Assembly (NCBI GenBank): GCA_965216565.1
Contig: OZ244170.1
Coordinates: 3,968,001-4,032,000, forward strand
Length of the DNA stretch: 64,000 nt
DNA from: Bythopirellula sp.
Lineage (GTDB): Bacteria > Planctomycetota > Planctomycetia > Pirellulales > Lacipirellulaceae
Reading direction: 5' to 3'
In this document: positions 10,385 to 20,574 of the stretch, one piece after another
Layout: every line of letters begins with the position of its first letter
Position numbering within the stretch: the stretch's first letter is position 1
Translations under genes and position numbers: made by a program
The notes under the pieces: generated by a model
Told to the model about the DNA's origin: nothing
Databases searched by the model: none
Seen by the model: only the letters and a program-made list of their open reading frames with translations

Positions 10385-10539
10385 AATCGGAGGCAGGGAG
10401 CATGAGGTAACCGAAGCCGTGGCAAGGCAGTAGCCTTACCCTTTCTATTGTAGTCCGATGGGCTACCGGAGCAATTCGAGTTACACAGTCCTCAGATTTG
10501 GCTAAGGAATGGTTAGATTCAAATCTCACGCCTAGGCAT

Positions 10540-11169
10540 TTAGGCCGTAGGTTGCTCGGCCGGTTGTGCCGGAGCTTGCGGTTTGGGTGATGGCTCGGGC
10601 TTGCCATTGACGATTTTGTCGTGGCCAACGCGTTCCTCGACAAGACGGAGGATTTCGTCAGTAGTAGGCCGCTCGTAGATAAAATCGTCGAGCGTGAATT
10701 TCTTCTCATTGCCATCCGCTTCATAGTGGAGCTTGGCGATTCCCTTCTTGTCCCACTTCTTCTTATCGATCTTGGTGATCTTATCGAGCGGTACTTCCTC
10801 ACCACGACTGCTGCGGAGTTGCTTGTCGTCGAGTTCAATCCAGCGTCCGAGGGAACGGAGCACATTGATCAAGACTAACAGTCCGGGAATGCCAGCGATG
10901 CCAACCATATAGAACTGGACTTGAATGTCAGCGTCGCTTTTGGGCTCGCCGGGATCGTAAGGTTCCCAACCGTTCTCAGCAGCAACCTCGGGCCAACGCT
11001 CCAGTTCTTCCACCACTTCCAGATCTGCATAAGCCTCGGCACGCGCTTGCTGTTCCGGGTAGGCATACTTTCCGTCGTAGTAGGACCAACCGGCGAACCC
11101 GAGCAGGACTAACGCTACGGCTGAGAGCCGCAGAAGATGTTTCTTGCTAATGTCTGTACGCAATGCCAT
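10540..11169 (-). CDS. Hypothetical membrane protein (2 TM)
   Basis: 209 aa ORF with two hydrophobic helices and a Pro-rich tail. Confidence 0.75.
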   Translation of the reverse strand: MALRTDISKKHLLRLSAVALVLLGFAGWSYYDGKYAYPEQQARAEAYADLEVVEELERWPEVAAENGWEPYDPGEPKSDADIQVQFYMVGIAGIPGLLVLINVLRSLGRWIELDDKQLRSSRGEEVPLDKITKIDKKKWDKKGIAKLHYEADGNEKKFTLDDFIYERPTTDEILRLVEERVGHDKIVNGKPEPSPKPQAPAQPAEQPTA

Positions 11170-11521
11170 AAAGTGCCCCCAGCAGATACGAATCCAGCCA
11201 CGAAAGCTTTAGTAGTTTTGGAAGAGCCGCCTTGCTCTGTGGAAACTTGTGCAGAGTTATTCAACCTAGCAAACAAGTCTCTATTATGGAATGAGAAAGC
11301 GAGAATAGAAACTCTCAAACGGTGACGAAACGTGTCACCGGAAGTCATTAGCCTCCATTTAGCCGCATAGCTGCTGTAACCGGGCTAGTCGCTATTAGCG
11401 TGTACTCCGGGCAAACTAAACAGTTTTTCCCTTATATGGAGAACCGCCGGAGCCTTCTGAGACGCTCGCAGAGATGTAATTTGCTGGCAATCGGATTTTC
11501 GGGATGAGAAAATAGGAGTTA

Positions 11522-12409
11522 ATGACTCCTTCAATTCAATACGTGCGAACAGCTCTTCTTGGATGCATGGCGATGCTATTTTCGTCTGCTCATGCCCTTG
11601 CGGAAGTCAGCGTGCAGACCGGTGATGGCCGTGCATTTTCCGGCCAGGTAGATAGCCGTACTTCCGATCAGGCTTTGTGGCTTCGTCACGAAGAGGAAGG
11701 CATCATTCTCACAAGTCGTGTCAGCTGGAACGATATCTCCTCGGCTGAGGTCGATGGCAAGTCAGTTGAGATTGATGAGCTATCCGATGGCGCAAACGAA
11801 TTGATATCGGTGCCAGACGCGGGTCTGCTGGTCGAATTTGGTCCACTCCCGCGTTTGATCCCACCCGCCCCACCGGCTCAGCGACGGGGGCGAATTACCA
11901 GCCTGGAGGTTGATGCAAGATTGGTGAATCTGGATCGCACCGCCGAACCCGATGGCTACGAGATTGTGATCGCTGCGATCGATGCCTACGGCCACGAAGT
12001 TCCCGTGCGTGGCAATTTGTACGTGCGGCTGCAAGGTGAACGCAACGAGCACTATTCCGGCAGAATTCGGTTTGAGAACCTTCAGCAGTGGAGTCAGCCA
12101 GTCTCTGAACACGACTTCGTCGACGGACTGGCGATCTATGCCTTGCGATTCCGTCGCGGCTTTGGACCGGAGTTCGATGACGAGCTCCGACCGGACGCTC
12201 AACTCAATGTGCGGCTGGGTGTTTTTGGCGAGGGCAACTACTCCGCGACCGTCCCTGTGCCACTTTGGGAGTTCAGTCCCTTCAAAGACAGACTCCAGAT
12301 GTTCGAAGGTAGCCGATTCTTCCGAGACGAAATCACGCATCGCACGCGGCACCTAAGTACAGATCCACCGGGAATCTATCGTCGGGTGTGGCGAAATCAG
12401 AGACGTTAG
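11522..12409 (+). CDS. Hypothetical secreted protein
   Basis: 295 aa ORF; AGGAG RBS; signal peptide ending AHALA. Confidence 0.75.
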   Translation: MTPSIQYVRTALLGCMAMLFSSAHALAEVSVQTGDGRAFSGQVDSRTSDQALWLRHEEEGIILTSRVSWNDISSAEVDGKSVEIDELSDGANELISVPDAGLLVEFGPLPRLIPPAPPAQRRGRITSLEVDARLVNLDRTAEPDGYEIVIAAIDAYGHEVPVRGNLYVRLQGERNEHYSGRIRFENLQQWSQPVSEHDFVDGLAIYALRFRRGFGPEFDDELRPDAQLNVRLGVFGEGNYSATVPVPLWEFSPFKDRLQMFEGSRFFRDEITHRTRHLSTDPPGIYRRVWRNQRR

Positions 12410-12597
12410 GTCTCGTCGGTAGAAGCTTGCTCGCCGTCGGGAGCTCGACGATCCTCGCCACTGCGGCGTTCTGTCTGAGGCGGCGTAGAATCCGCTTGCT
12501 GCGATTCTTGTCGACGCTCTTTCTCACGCTTCTCGAGAAGGGAGTTCAAATCATCCGGTACATTCAATCGATCTACCATGGTATCAACTGCTCAGAT

Positions 12598-14373
12598 TTA
12601 GTTGGTGGGGTTCGGAGCAACTACGGAATGCTCGTGACTTGGCGTGGCTTCGAAGGGAAATCCATAGGGTGAGTAGGAGGCTGGATAACAGCCGGTGTCC
12701 TCGGCCGTTGGCGGCAGACGGTGCAATAATCCATATCTGGGGCGGCGTGGATTACGAAAGGTATCTGGCAAACGTGCTTCGTAGGGACGGGGATTAATAT
12801 CCAAAGCTCCCCTCGTCAGTGGTTCCAATGTACGCATTAGCTTGTGCGATTCGCGTTCGTTGATAATCGGTGTATAAGGCTGAATATGAGGTACGAGTGT
12901 GACAATGATTTCAGAGCGTTTCTTCTCGATGACACGTCGTTGGAAAATAACACCTACATAAGGCAGGTCGCCCAGCCAGGGGATCTTGGTTTGGATGTTA
13001 CTGTCTTGCTCTTGGATCAAACCACCAATCACCATGCCCTGGCCGTCGGAGAGGATAATATCGGTCTCCACTTCGGTCGTTTCTTCGGAGGGCAAACCTG
13101 TCTCGGGACTCACCTGGCCGGTGGACACTTCTGGCTTGATCCGCATCAATACGCGACCGTCGCGCGTGATGCGTGGAGTAACAGTTAGTACAACACCAAC
13201 ATCTAGAAACTGTATTTCCTCAAGTGTGCTTGTCTGTGTTGTGGTAACCACACGAAAGCCAAGTTGTTCGCCCACTTGCATGCGTGCTTGCTGACCACTA
13301 ACAGCGAGAACTTTGGGTGAAGCGAGCGTCTTGGCATCGGTTGTGTTTTGGAGGAGTTCTACCAAGCTTTGGATCGCACCACCGGTCGCTTCCAGAAAGA
13401 AAGCGGAAGTATTGGCTGAATTGGCGAGACCCACTGTGCGGAGGTTGAAGTCGTTTCCAGAAGCCGAGACACTGAGGGCATCGAGGTTCACGCCGCTGCG
13501 GCAATCGCTATCTAGTTCGATCTGCAGGATGTTGGCTTCGATCAGCACCTGCCGCGGCGGTTGATCGGCTTGGCAAACGTAGTCTTGAATTTGGGCCATG
13601 TTGCCCGGATAGTCGACGACGACGACTGCTTCGCGTGTGCGTCGGTTATCGCTGGAAGAGGTTTCTAATACCCATGATTTGCCACCTGGGGATAGCAACC
13701 CTTTGACTGCTTGATCGATGTCTGCGGCCGATGCAAAGTCGAGTTCTAGGACTTCAACGTGACGACCCCCTGCACTTGGCGAAAACGAATCGGCATTTTC
13801 CATGCTGGTGATCATGATAACGCCATTGGTGCTCGTCCAAGTGTGACCGGACGCCGAGAGTAATGCGTCAAGCACCTGTTGCCAGGGAACACGATCGAAA
13901 GACGCCGTAACAGGCGTTTCCGCAGTCGCGGCAAAGACGAGGTTTAGGTTCTGTGTCTCGGCTATCAGGCCGACAACTTGCCGGAGCGAAGCATCACGTA
14001 CCATCAAAGAAATGTCTCCCTCGTGGTGTTCGATGACCGCATCCCCCAACTGCTCGGGAGTTACCAGTGGAATGACTTGTTGATCAGCTGGTTTTGGTGG
14101 TTGCACCTGCACTGGCAGCGCTTCACCGACGGCATTTCCTAAGGTGTTTCTCAGCGTGTCGACGACCGAACTGGGCGAGAATCCCGAAGATCCCGCGGTA
14201 TTTGTCGCAACCGGAGAAGATTGTGCCTGAGAGTTTGGCGGCGGTAACACAGGTTGAGCGGTGGCTGGAGAAACGCACGAAAGCTCGAGGCATAGTAAGA
14301 GCGCCAACCAAACTCGGCATCGTGCCGATGGTTCCCGCCTCATGCTTCCTTGCACTGAGTTTACTTGCCGCAT
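12598..14373 (-). CDS. gspD: Secretin (GspD/PilQ family)
   Basis: PRQVLIEANI, LASPKV, VGVVLTVTPRI, DGQGMVIGGLI, KIPWLGDLPYVG motifs. Confidence 0.92.
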   Translation of the reverse strand: MRQVNSVQGSMRREPSARCRVWLALLLCLELSCVSPATAQPVLPPPNSQAQSSPVATNTAGSSGFSPSSVVDTLRNTLGNAVGEALPVQVQPPKPADQQVIPLVTPEQLGDAVIEHHEGDISLMVRDASLRQVVGLIAETQNLNLVFAATAETPVTASFDRVPWQQVLDALLSASGHTWTSTNGVIMITSMENADSFSPSAGGRHVEVLELDFASAADIDQAVKGLLSPGGKSWVLETSSSDNRRTREAVVVVDYPGNMAQIQDYVCQADQPPRQVLIEANILQIELDSDCRSGVNLDALSVSASGNDFNLRTVGLANSANTSAFFLEATGGAIQSLVELLQNTTDAKTLASPKVLAVSGQQARMQVGEQLGFRVVTTTQTSTLEEIQFLDVGVVLTVTPRITRDGRVLMRIKPEVSTGQVSPETGLPSEETTEVETDIILSDGQGMVIGGLIQEQDSNIQTKIPWLGDLPYVGVIFQRRVIEKKRSEIIVTLVPHIQPYTPIINERESHKLMRTLEPLTRGALDINPRPYEARLPDTFRNPRRPRYGLLHRLPPTAEDTGCYPASYSPYGFPFEATPSHEHSVVAPNPTN

Positions 14374-14393
14374 GTATTGCTCACGAACCTCGT

Positions 14394-14936
14394 TTAGCGT
14401 GATTTCGATTTAGTTAAAATCACACCTTGCGAAGTAATGTTGCTCACTTCATAGCCATCAATCTTGTCTCCAACTCGAACATGAGTGTCGCCGACTTTGG
14501 CAATTCGCTCTGAACCTGTAATCAAAACAATGCCGGTGCCCTCGTCTTGCATCTCATCTAATTGCAGATCGTGCTCAGTTTCTGCGACGATGTTCGAGTT
14601 CTCTCTTTGCACTTCCACTTCTAAAATGTTCTTGTACCAATCCGGCGTCGAAAGAGGATCAAGGCGAACGATTTGCTCGGTACTGAATTGAGGCCACTCA
14701 CGTTCAGCCCGCTTATCAGCCTCTTCCTTGAGTCTTCCTTCTTGTGTTTGGATACTTACATCTAGGTCTGAGCTTGACGTGCCGTTAGGCTCACTTGCTG
14801 CCACAGGTGATGGCCCATGCTGCGAGTCTGGTAGCTGCACGACGATCACAATGGCCAACACAGCCACCAGCACGCCAATAAGTGCTAGCTGCGAGCGCGT
14901 AACTCCAGCCTTATTCTGCTTCTTCTTGATCGTCAT
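14394..14936 (-). CDS. PilP/GspC-like inner-membrane accessory protein
   Basis: Single N-terminal TM; C-terminal VRVGDKIDGYEVSNITSQGVIL beta motif; lies between pilO-like and secretin genes. Confidence 0.6.
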   Translation of the reverse strand: MTIKKKQNKAGVTRSQLALIGVLVAVLAIVIVVQLPDSQHGPSPVAASEPNGTSSSDLDVSIQTQEGRLKEEADKRAEREWPQFSTEQIVRLDPLSTPDWYKNILEVEVQRENSNIVAETEHDLQLDEMQDEGTGIVLITGSERIAKVGDTHVRVGDKIDGYEVSNITSQGVILTKSKSR

Positions 14937-14953
14937 TTTTATCGCTCTAACTG

Positions 14954-15535
14954 TTACGTCTTATTGGAATCGGTCAGGATGCGGTCATAATATACCGTCA
15001 ATGTTGCTAGCATCTTGTGTTCTTGGCCTTCTTCACTGTTGCTCACGGTCAATTGGGTAACGTCGGCAATCCATCTAGACTCGGAGAGGCCCTCTAAGAA
15101 CAAACACATGCTTGCATAACTGCCGGTGCAGTGTAGCTGCACATCGCTTTGACGATGGGTCGCTACCAAGGTTGGCTTTTCCATGGTGAGCTGTGAAATT
15201 TCCAGTCCACTGACCGCCGCAATGCTGTGAAGCGTTTTTGTAAGTTCCTCACCGTTCAATGGTTGGGAAAGTCGAGTGCGAATCTTCTCGCCTTTGGCAT
15301 CTAGTTTTGCTACATCTTTTTGTAGTTGGTGATGCAGTATGCTAACGGGTCCCGAACGTTGCAGAAAATTTGCCAACTGTTCGATGCGCTGCAAATCAGA
15401 AGCTTGCTGGTCCTGCACCGTGCCATATGCGAAGTAGTAGTAGGAACCAACGGCAATTGCCAAAAGAGCAAGACCGATGCCATGCAACACCAGCCCCAGC
15501 GAGACAGGTCGATTGTTGTGTGTGCTGTTCTTCAT
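14954..15535 (-). CDS. PilO/GspM-like protein
   Basis: N-terminal TM, coiled coil, TGSYASMCLFLEGL motif; follows the PilN-like gene. Confidence 0.75.
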   Translation of the reverse strand: MKNSTHNNRPVSLGLVLHGIGLALLAIAVGSYYYFAYGTVQDQQASDLQRIEQLANFLQRSGPVSILHHQLQKDVAKLDAKGEKIRTRLSQPLNGEELTKTLHSIAAVSGLEISQLTMEKPTLVATHRQSDVQLHCTGSYASMCLFLEGLSESRWIADVTQLTVSNSEEGQEHKMLATLTVYYDRILTDSNKT

Positions 15536-15551
15536 TTCCGTTTACTTGGTG

Positions 15552-16121
15552 TTACAGGACGCAATCGATGCGAAAGGACTGCATCGGTTGCCGATTGACG
15601 ACGATCGTCTCGGTGTTGCGAACTTGGATATCTGCAAATGGCATCGAAGATCGGAGCTGTTGTACGAATAGCCCGACGGCGCTGGTGTCGATGCCAATTC
15701 CTGACACAGACATCTGCTCTTCCGGGGGATTGGAGGCCAGCGGACCTTGCTGGCGATAGGTAATGTCTTCGAGAAATACCCGGCCATGAGTCGCCTCAGC
15801 GGCACTGCCTACGATAGCCAAGAGAGTAGATGCCGGCGTATCTGTCGAAATCGCAAGCTCAAGCTCGTAATCTGTTCGGGTGGTAGAGATCCGACTGGTG
15901 AGTTTTGTGATCTCCGCCTTGGCTGCTCGGACAGGAGTGTATTGTGCTTCGAGCGCTTCCAGTTGGATTCTGTCGTTGCGGGCTGGCCACCAAATAGTAG
16001 CACCATGCACTGCAAGTGCGATAATCGTAAGGGCAAGGATCTTTGACCACTGGCCGAGCCGAGTGTGATAACACTGCCGATCGAGTGCCCGTTGACTCAT
16101 TAAATTGACGTAGGTATTCAT
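15552..16121 (-). CDS. PilN-like protein
   Basis: Start at 16121 (MNTYVNLMS, the PilM-binding xNLL-like motif) overlaps the pilM stop; TM and coiled coil. Confidence 0.75.
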   Translation of the reverse strand: MNTYVNLMSQRALDRQCYHTRLGQWSKILALTIIALAVHGATIWWPARNDRIQLEALEAQYTPVRAAKAEITKLTSRISTTRTDYELELAISTDTPASTLLAIVGSAAEATHGRVFLEDITYRQQGPLASNPPEEQMSVSGIGIDTSAVGLFVQQLRSSMPFADIQVRNTETIVVNRQPMQSFRIDCVL

Positions 16122-17188
16122 CGTTTCTCCCACGCTAGAGCGGAAAGAGCAATTGCCGGGCCCAGTAAATGGGTCCAGTTGGCATCCACCAAGTTGTCGG
16201 TCTGTTGCCCGTTGCCGAACTGCCAACGTCGATGTTCCAGACCAAGTCTTTCGGTTAGCAGCGGCGCGATTCCATTGACGGCCGATCCGCCCCCAAACAT
16301 AAAGACGCCTTGGGGAATAATCTGGCGTCGCTGGGTTTGCAGATGCGACATAGTCCGCTGGATTTCGAATTCCAGCTTTTCGATTGGGCCAGAAATCGAA
16401 TCCAAGATCACTTGAGCTCGTTGGTCGCGGTTCGCTGTCGAGAGATCATGTTCTTCTAGTAGTTGCACTGCTTGTTTCTCATCGATGTCGAGTTCCGAGG
16501 TGATCGACTGTAGAACCTGCTTGAATCCACAATTCTTGAGAGGCCGAACATAAACGGGACGTCGGTTATGCACGATACAAACAGTTGCCTGGGTGTATCC
16601 CCAGTCGAGAGCGGCCCAGGTTTCCTTGCTCTTGCGAGGCAGTACCATCGATACTGCTCTGGCGAGAGCCAGTGGAGCACCGTCGATCGTTCGGCAATTC
16701 CAGCCCAGGCTCGATATTTCTTGGGCCAGATTGTCTGTCCATATTTGGGGTGCAGAGATGATGTTCGTCTTTAAGGGCGATGTGCCTTTCTCGGGTGTCT
16801 CCGCATGCCAAGCGGCACATTGCAAGTGCGCCGCTGGTTGGCAGGTTGCTGCTTCGACCAATTGTCGAAGTTTGCCTTGGCGGTTGGCTGCAGTGTCTAA
16901 TGCCCCGTCGACTTGATGTGTTCGACAGATACTCATTGGGAGAGCCGCAGCAACGTTCTTTCCCAGGAGATCGCGGCGTAAATCTGCGGCGGTGGCCATT
17001 TCTTCACTCGATCCGATGTACTTGCCCGAATCTGCTGATGTGAAGTCCCAGCCCATAGTGCGGGGAACAATGGCCGCTGCTGCAAGTTCCCAGCGCTTGT
17101 TCGACTGAACCACCTGCGCAACCTTCACGTGCGACGTGCCAACGTCGATACCGATCCAACCAGTTTTTTTTCGCTGAATTCCTAGCAT
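16118..17188 (-). CDS. pilM: PilM actin-like pilus assembly protein
   Basis: IGIDVGTSHVKVAQ, LDWG, MFGGGS actin-fold motifs. Confidence 0.85.
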   Translation of the reverse strand: MLGIQRKKTGWIGIDVGTSHVKVAQVVQSNKRWELAAAAIVPRTMGWDFTSADSGKYIGSSEEMATAADLRRDLLGKNVAAALPMSICRTHQVDGALDTAANRQGKLRQLVEAATCQPAAHLQCAAWHAETPEKGTSPLKTNIISAPQIWTDNLAQEISSLGWNCRTIDGAPLALARAVSMVLPRKSKETWAALDWGYTQATVCIVHNRRPVYVRPLKNCGFKQVLQSITSELDIDEKQAVQLLEEHDLSTANRDQRAQVILDSISGPIEKLEFEIQRTMSHLQTQRRQIIPQGVFMFGGGSAVNGIAPLLTERLGLEHRRWQFGNGQQTDNLVDANWTHLLGPAIALSALAWEKR

Positions 17189-17210
17189 GACAATCTCGTT
17201 GGTAGGTCCC

Positions 17211-18398
17211 TCATCGGTTAGCCAAAGTGGAGAGGTCGAACACAGGCAACATCACAGCCAGTACAACGATGGCCACCAGGGCGCCCATTCCGATTGTGAT
17301 CAACGGTTCGAGCAATCCGACGACCTGCCGCATCCGCGCCTCGGTGTCTTCCTCGTAGTAGGCTCCCAGCAGGTAGGTGACTTCACCCAAGTTTCCTGTG
17401 TTTTCGGCCGTCATCAGCATCTCGCGGGCCGATTCAGGGACAATCTCCGAGGTCTCAAGAATACTGCCCAGGCTGCGACCATTGAGTACAGCCTCTTCCA
17501 TTTCTTCCACAAGTTCGTGGTAATGGACGTTCTGCATGGCGACTTTTGTGAGCCGCAAGACATCGAGAAGCGGGACACCGCTTTCGAGCATCATGCCAAA
17601 CATTCGGCATACTCGACCAATGAGCTGCGAGCGATAGACCTTGCTAACAACTGGCATCTTGAGCCATAGCAAATCGAGTGAGCGGCGCCCGCCGTCTGTT
17701 TTTCGCCAGACTAACATTCCAGTTAACAGCGACCCAGCCAGAGGAAGCCACAACCACCAACGGCTGCGTAATTCGCTCGCGAGCATGAGAAGCACTTCAG
17801 TAACAAATGGCAGAACTAGTTCGTATTCTTCAAATATCTGCGAGAATCGGGGTAGGACGAACAGAACCAAGGCGACCAATACCGAAGAGGAAACGGCGAA
17901 CAACAGGATTGGATAGGTCATTAGCGCGCGGAGAGTACGCCGCGAGCGAATTTCTCCTCGTTGTACAGCCGCCAGTTGCTTGAGCACATCCGACATCTTT
18001 CCGGAGGCCTCGCCCGCAGCCACTGTTGCCACAAAAGTTGCTTCAAAGACTTCTGGGTGTTCGCGTAAAGCGTTGGAAAGCGGGTTCCCCGCCATCACGG
18101 AATCGTGGACTTCAGTCAGCACGTTTGCCAGGGCCGGTCTTTTGCATTGTCTGGCTAAGGAACCCAAGGCGGTAGCCACATCGACGCCAGAACGGGTCAT
18201 GATCGCGAGCTGCGAAGTAATCTCGGCAAGGGCATCTTTGGGAATCGAGTTGCCACCGAAACCCCAGCCCGCCGTCTCCTGATCGGACGAATCCCAGTTA
18301 GAATCGTCGGCCGAGGAAATTAGATCGCTAGCAGACATTTCCTGTTCGGAAATGCTGCCTTCGATCCACGGCATTGTGTCAGTTTCAGTAGCGTTCAT
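17211..18398 (-). CDS. gspF: GspF/PilC platform protein
   Basis: QLAIMTRSGV, AGEASG, TYP, LESGVPL, AENTG, LLEP repeat motifs. Confidence 0.93.
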   Translation of the reverse strand: MNATETDTMPWIEGSISEQEMSASDLISSADDSNWDSSDQETAGWGFGGNSIPKDALAEITSQLAIMTRSGVDVATALGSLARQCKRPALANVLTEVHDSVMAGNPLSNALREHPEVFEATFVATVAAGEASGKMSDVLKQLAAVQRGEIRSRRTLRALMTYPILLFAVSSSVLVALVLFVLPRFSQIFEEYELVLPFVTEVLLMLASELRSRWWLWLPLAGSLLTGMLVWRKTDGGRRSLDLLWLKMPVVSKVYRSQLIGRVCRMFGMMLESGVPLLDVLRLTKVAMQNVHYHELVEEMEEAVLNGRSLGSILETSEIVPESAREMLMTAENTGNLGEVTYLLGAYYEEDTEARMRQVVGLLEPLITIGMGALVAIVVLAVMLPVFDLSTLANR

Positions 18399-18458
18399 CT
18401 TTTTGTTCTATTGTTCGCTTTCATTGCGAAGGAGTGCTACGCAATTTGTCGGCCTTGG

Positions 18459-20237
18459 TTACTCCACGAATGCGATGCGAGCAACTTCTTCTAAACTCGA
18501 CTTTTCCTGCTCAGCCAAACGCAATCCACCCTCGAGCAAAGTGGGTAGGCCTTGTTCTGCGTACCAATCTCTGATTGATTCCAAGGGTGTGTTTTTTGCA
18601 ATCATGCGACGCAATTCGGCATCGGCGGGTAGCACTTCGTAAATACCCGTCCGTCCTTTAAACCCTGTATCGAAACACTCACGACACCCCTCTCCGCGTG
18701 AAAAACTGCGACGCAAGTCTCCTTGATAGTGGAGGGCTTGGAGGTATTCGGCAGGCGGATAGTAGTTCGTCTGACAGTTCGGGCATATCGTCCTGACCAG
18801 TCGCTGAGCTACGACCCCTACTAGTGCGGCGGCCAGCTTGTAGCTTTCCACCTCCATATCCAACATGCGAGTAATGGCGCTAATGCTGTCGTTGGTGTGC
18901 AACGTGCTGAGTACGAGATGACCAGTTAGCGCGGCCTGTACTGCCACCTGCGCAGTCTCGGCATCGCGGATTTCACCAACCATAATCACGTCGGGGTCTT
19001 GCCGAAGGATAGATCGTAAGGCCGAGGCGAACTTCATACCTCGTGTTCCATCGGCTTGCACTTGGTTGACAAGGTCAATCTGGTATTCCACCGGGTCTTC
19101 GACCGTCACGATATTTCGGCTTGGAGACTTGATGAGCTCCAAAGCGGAATAGAGAGTCGTCGTTTTTCCGCTGCCGGTCGGCCCAGTGACCAATACCAAG
19201 CCGTAAGGCTTCTTGAGCAATTGCTTAATGATGCCTAGCGTATCTGGAAGGATCCCCAACTCGTCGAGATTAAAGGTTAGCCGCTGCTTGTCGAGCACAC
19301 GAATCACCACCTTCTCGCCCATGACGGTCGGCAATGTGGAGACTCGCAAGTCGACTTCCTTGCCGTCGGCAATCACTTGGCACCGACCATCTTGCGGCAA
19401 TCGTTGTTCGGCAATATCGAGTCTGGCCATTACCTTGATACGGGAGATAATAGCCGGATAAATGTCGCGCCGCGGACGTAGCATTTCTACCAGTTGGCCA
19501 TCGATACGAAACCGCACGGTGCCAAACTTTCGACTAGGCTCGATGTGAATATCGCTGGCGTTCTTGCGGATCGCCTGCAACACCAGGTAGTTCACAAGAT
19601 TGATGACTGGGCTGCCGTCGACAAGTTCGTGGACGGACGAAATGTCCATTTCCGAACTGTCCATCTGCAATTCAACAGCCGACTCGTCCAAATCTGCGGT
19701 TACGGCATCTACACGAAAATCTTCTTCGTAAGCCCGCCTGAGCATTCGGTTGATTGACACCGAAAAGGCAAAGACCGGTTTCACTGTCAGCCCGGTGACA
19801 TGCTCGATTCGATCGATGGTGTCTAGATCTTGTGGCTCATCTGTTGCAATGATCAGAGAGTCGCGAACACGAAAGAGTGCCAACGACTGCAACTCTTCAG
19901 CCAGCTTATGTGGAATCAGCTTTACCGCTGCAGGGTCGAGCATTCCTTCACGAAGCCGGACCGCAGGGACGCCCAATTGCGCTTCCATGAATGGCAGCAA
20001 TTGGTCTTCGTTCGCAAAACCAAGTTCCAGCAACGACTCCCCAAGCTTCTGACCCTTTTGAGACTGATGGTTCAGCGCGGCTTCTAACTCTTCGGAGTCA
20101 ATAAGGTCGGCACCTAACAATCGCTGGCCTAGAGGCCCACGTGGAGTGTTAGTTTCGGAGGCAGCAAACATCGAGGATCGAATCGGAGATTCGGACCCTT
20201 CTGCGTTAGAAGTTGTGGGATTAGTGATGGTGCTCAT
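18459..20237 (-). CDS. gspE: GspE/PilB assembly ATPase
   Basis: ASDIHIEP, GPTGSGKTTT, TVEDPVE, LRQDPDVIMVGEIRD, CPNC...CREC zinc motif. Confidence 0.95.
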   Translation of the reverse strand: MSTITNPTTSNAEGSESPIRSSMFAASETNTPRGPLGQRLLGADLIDSEELEAALNHQSQKGQKLGESLLELGFANEDQLLPFMEAQLGVPAVRLREGMLDPAAVKLIPHKLAEELQSLALFRVRDSLIIATDEPQDLDTIDRIEHVTGLTVKPVFAFSVSINRMLRRAYEEDFRVDAVTADLDESAVELQMDSSEMDISSVHELVDGSPVINLVNYLVLQAIRKNASDIHIEPSRKFGTVRFRIDGQLVEMLRPRRDIYPAIISRIKVMARLDIAEQRLPQDGRCQVIADGKEVDLRVSTLPTVMGEKVVIRVLDKQRLTFNLDELGILPDTLGIIKQLLKKPYGLVLVTGPTGSGKTTTLYSALELIKSPSRNIVTVEDPVEYQIDLVNQVQADGTRGMKFASALRSILRQDPDVIMVGEIRDAETAQVAVQAALTGHLVLSTLHTNDSISAITRMLDMEVESYKLAAALVGVVAQRLVRTICPNCQTNYYPPAEYLQALHYQGDLRRSFSRGEGCRECFDTGFKGRTGIYEVLPADAELRRMIAKNTPLESIRDWYAEQGLPTLLEGGLRLAEQEKSSLEEVARIAFVE

Positions 20238-20569
20238 TGAATGAAGCTCCCGACGGCTGATTTTGTACCGTCATGGCACTCAAAATGACTTCCGACCCTA
20301 GTCACACGCAAGACTTCTTCACACAAAGGCGTAAGCCCAGAGAGTTTCACGGTTCCGCCGAGGTGATTGATGCGATCCCGCGCATCGAGCAAGGCATCGA
20401 GACCAGCACTATCCAACAAAGGAACACCGGTAAGATTTAGAACAACCATTGGCTGTCCACCGCTCAGGTTCGAGTCCAGAGTCTTTTCTAGGTCTTCAAC
20501 CGAATCGCTAATTAGAGGTCCCTGTAGATTTACTACGTCTACAGCACCTTGAGATTCCACTTGAAACAT
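20234..20569 (-). CDS. STAS domain protein (anti-anti-sigma-like)
   Basis: VVLNLTGVPLLDSAGLDAL with the conserved DSxG serine. Confidence 0.88.
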   Translation of the reverse strand: MFQVESQGAVDVVNLQGPLISDSVEDLEKTLDSNLSGGQPMVVLNLTGVPLLDSAGLDALLDARDRINHLGGTVKLSGLTPLCEEVLRVTRVGSHFECHDGTKSAVGSFIQ

Positions 20570-20574
20570 TGCCG

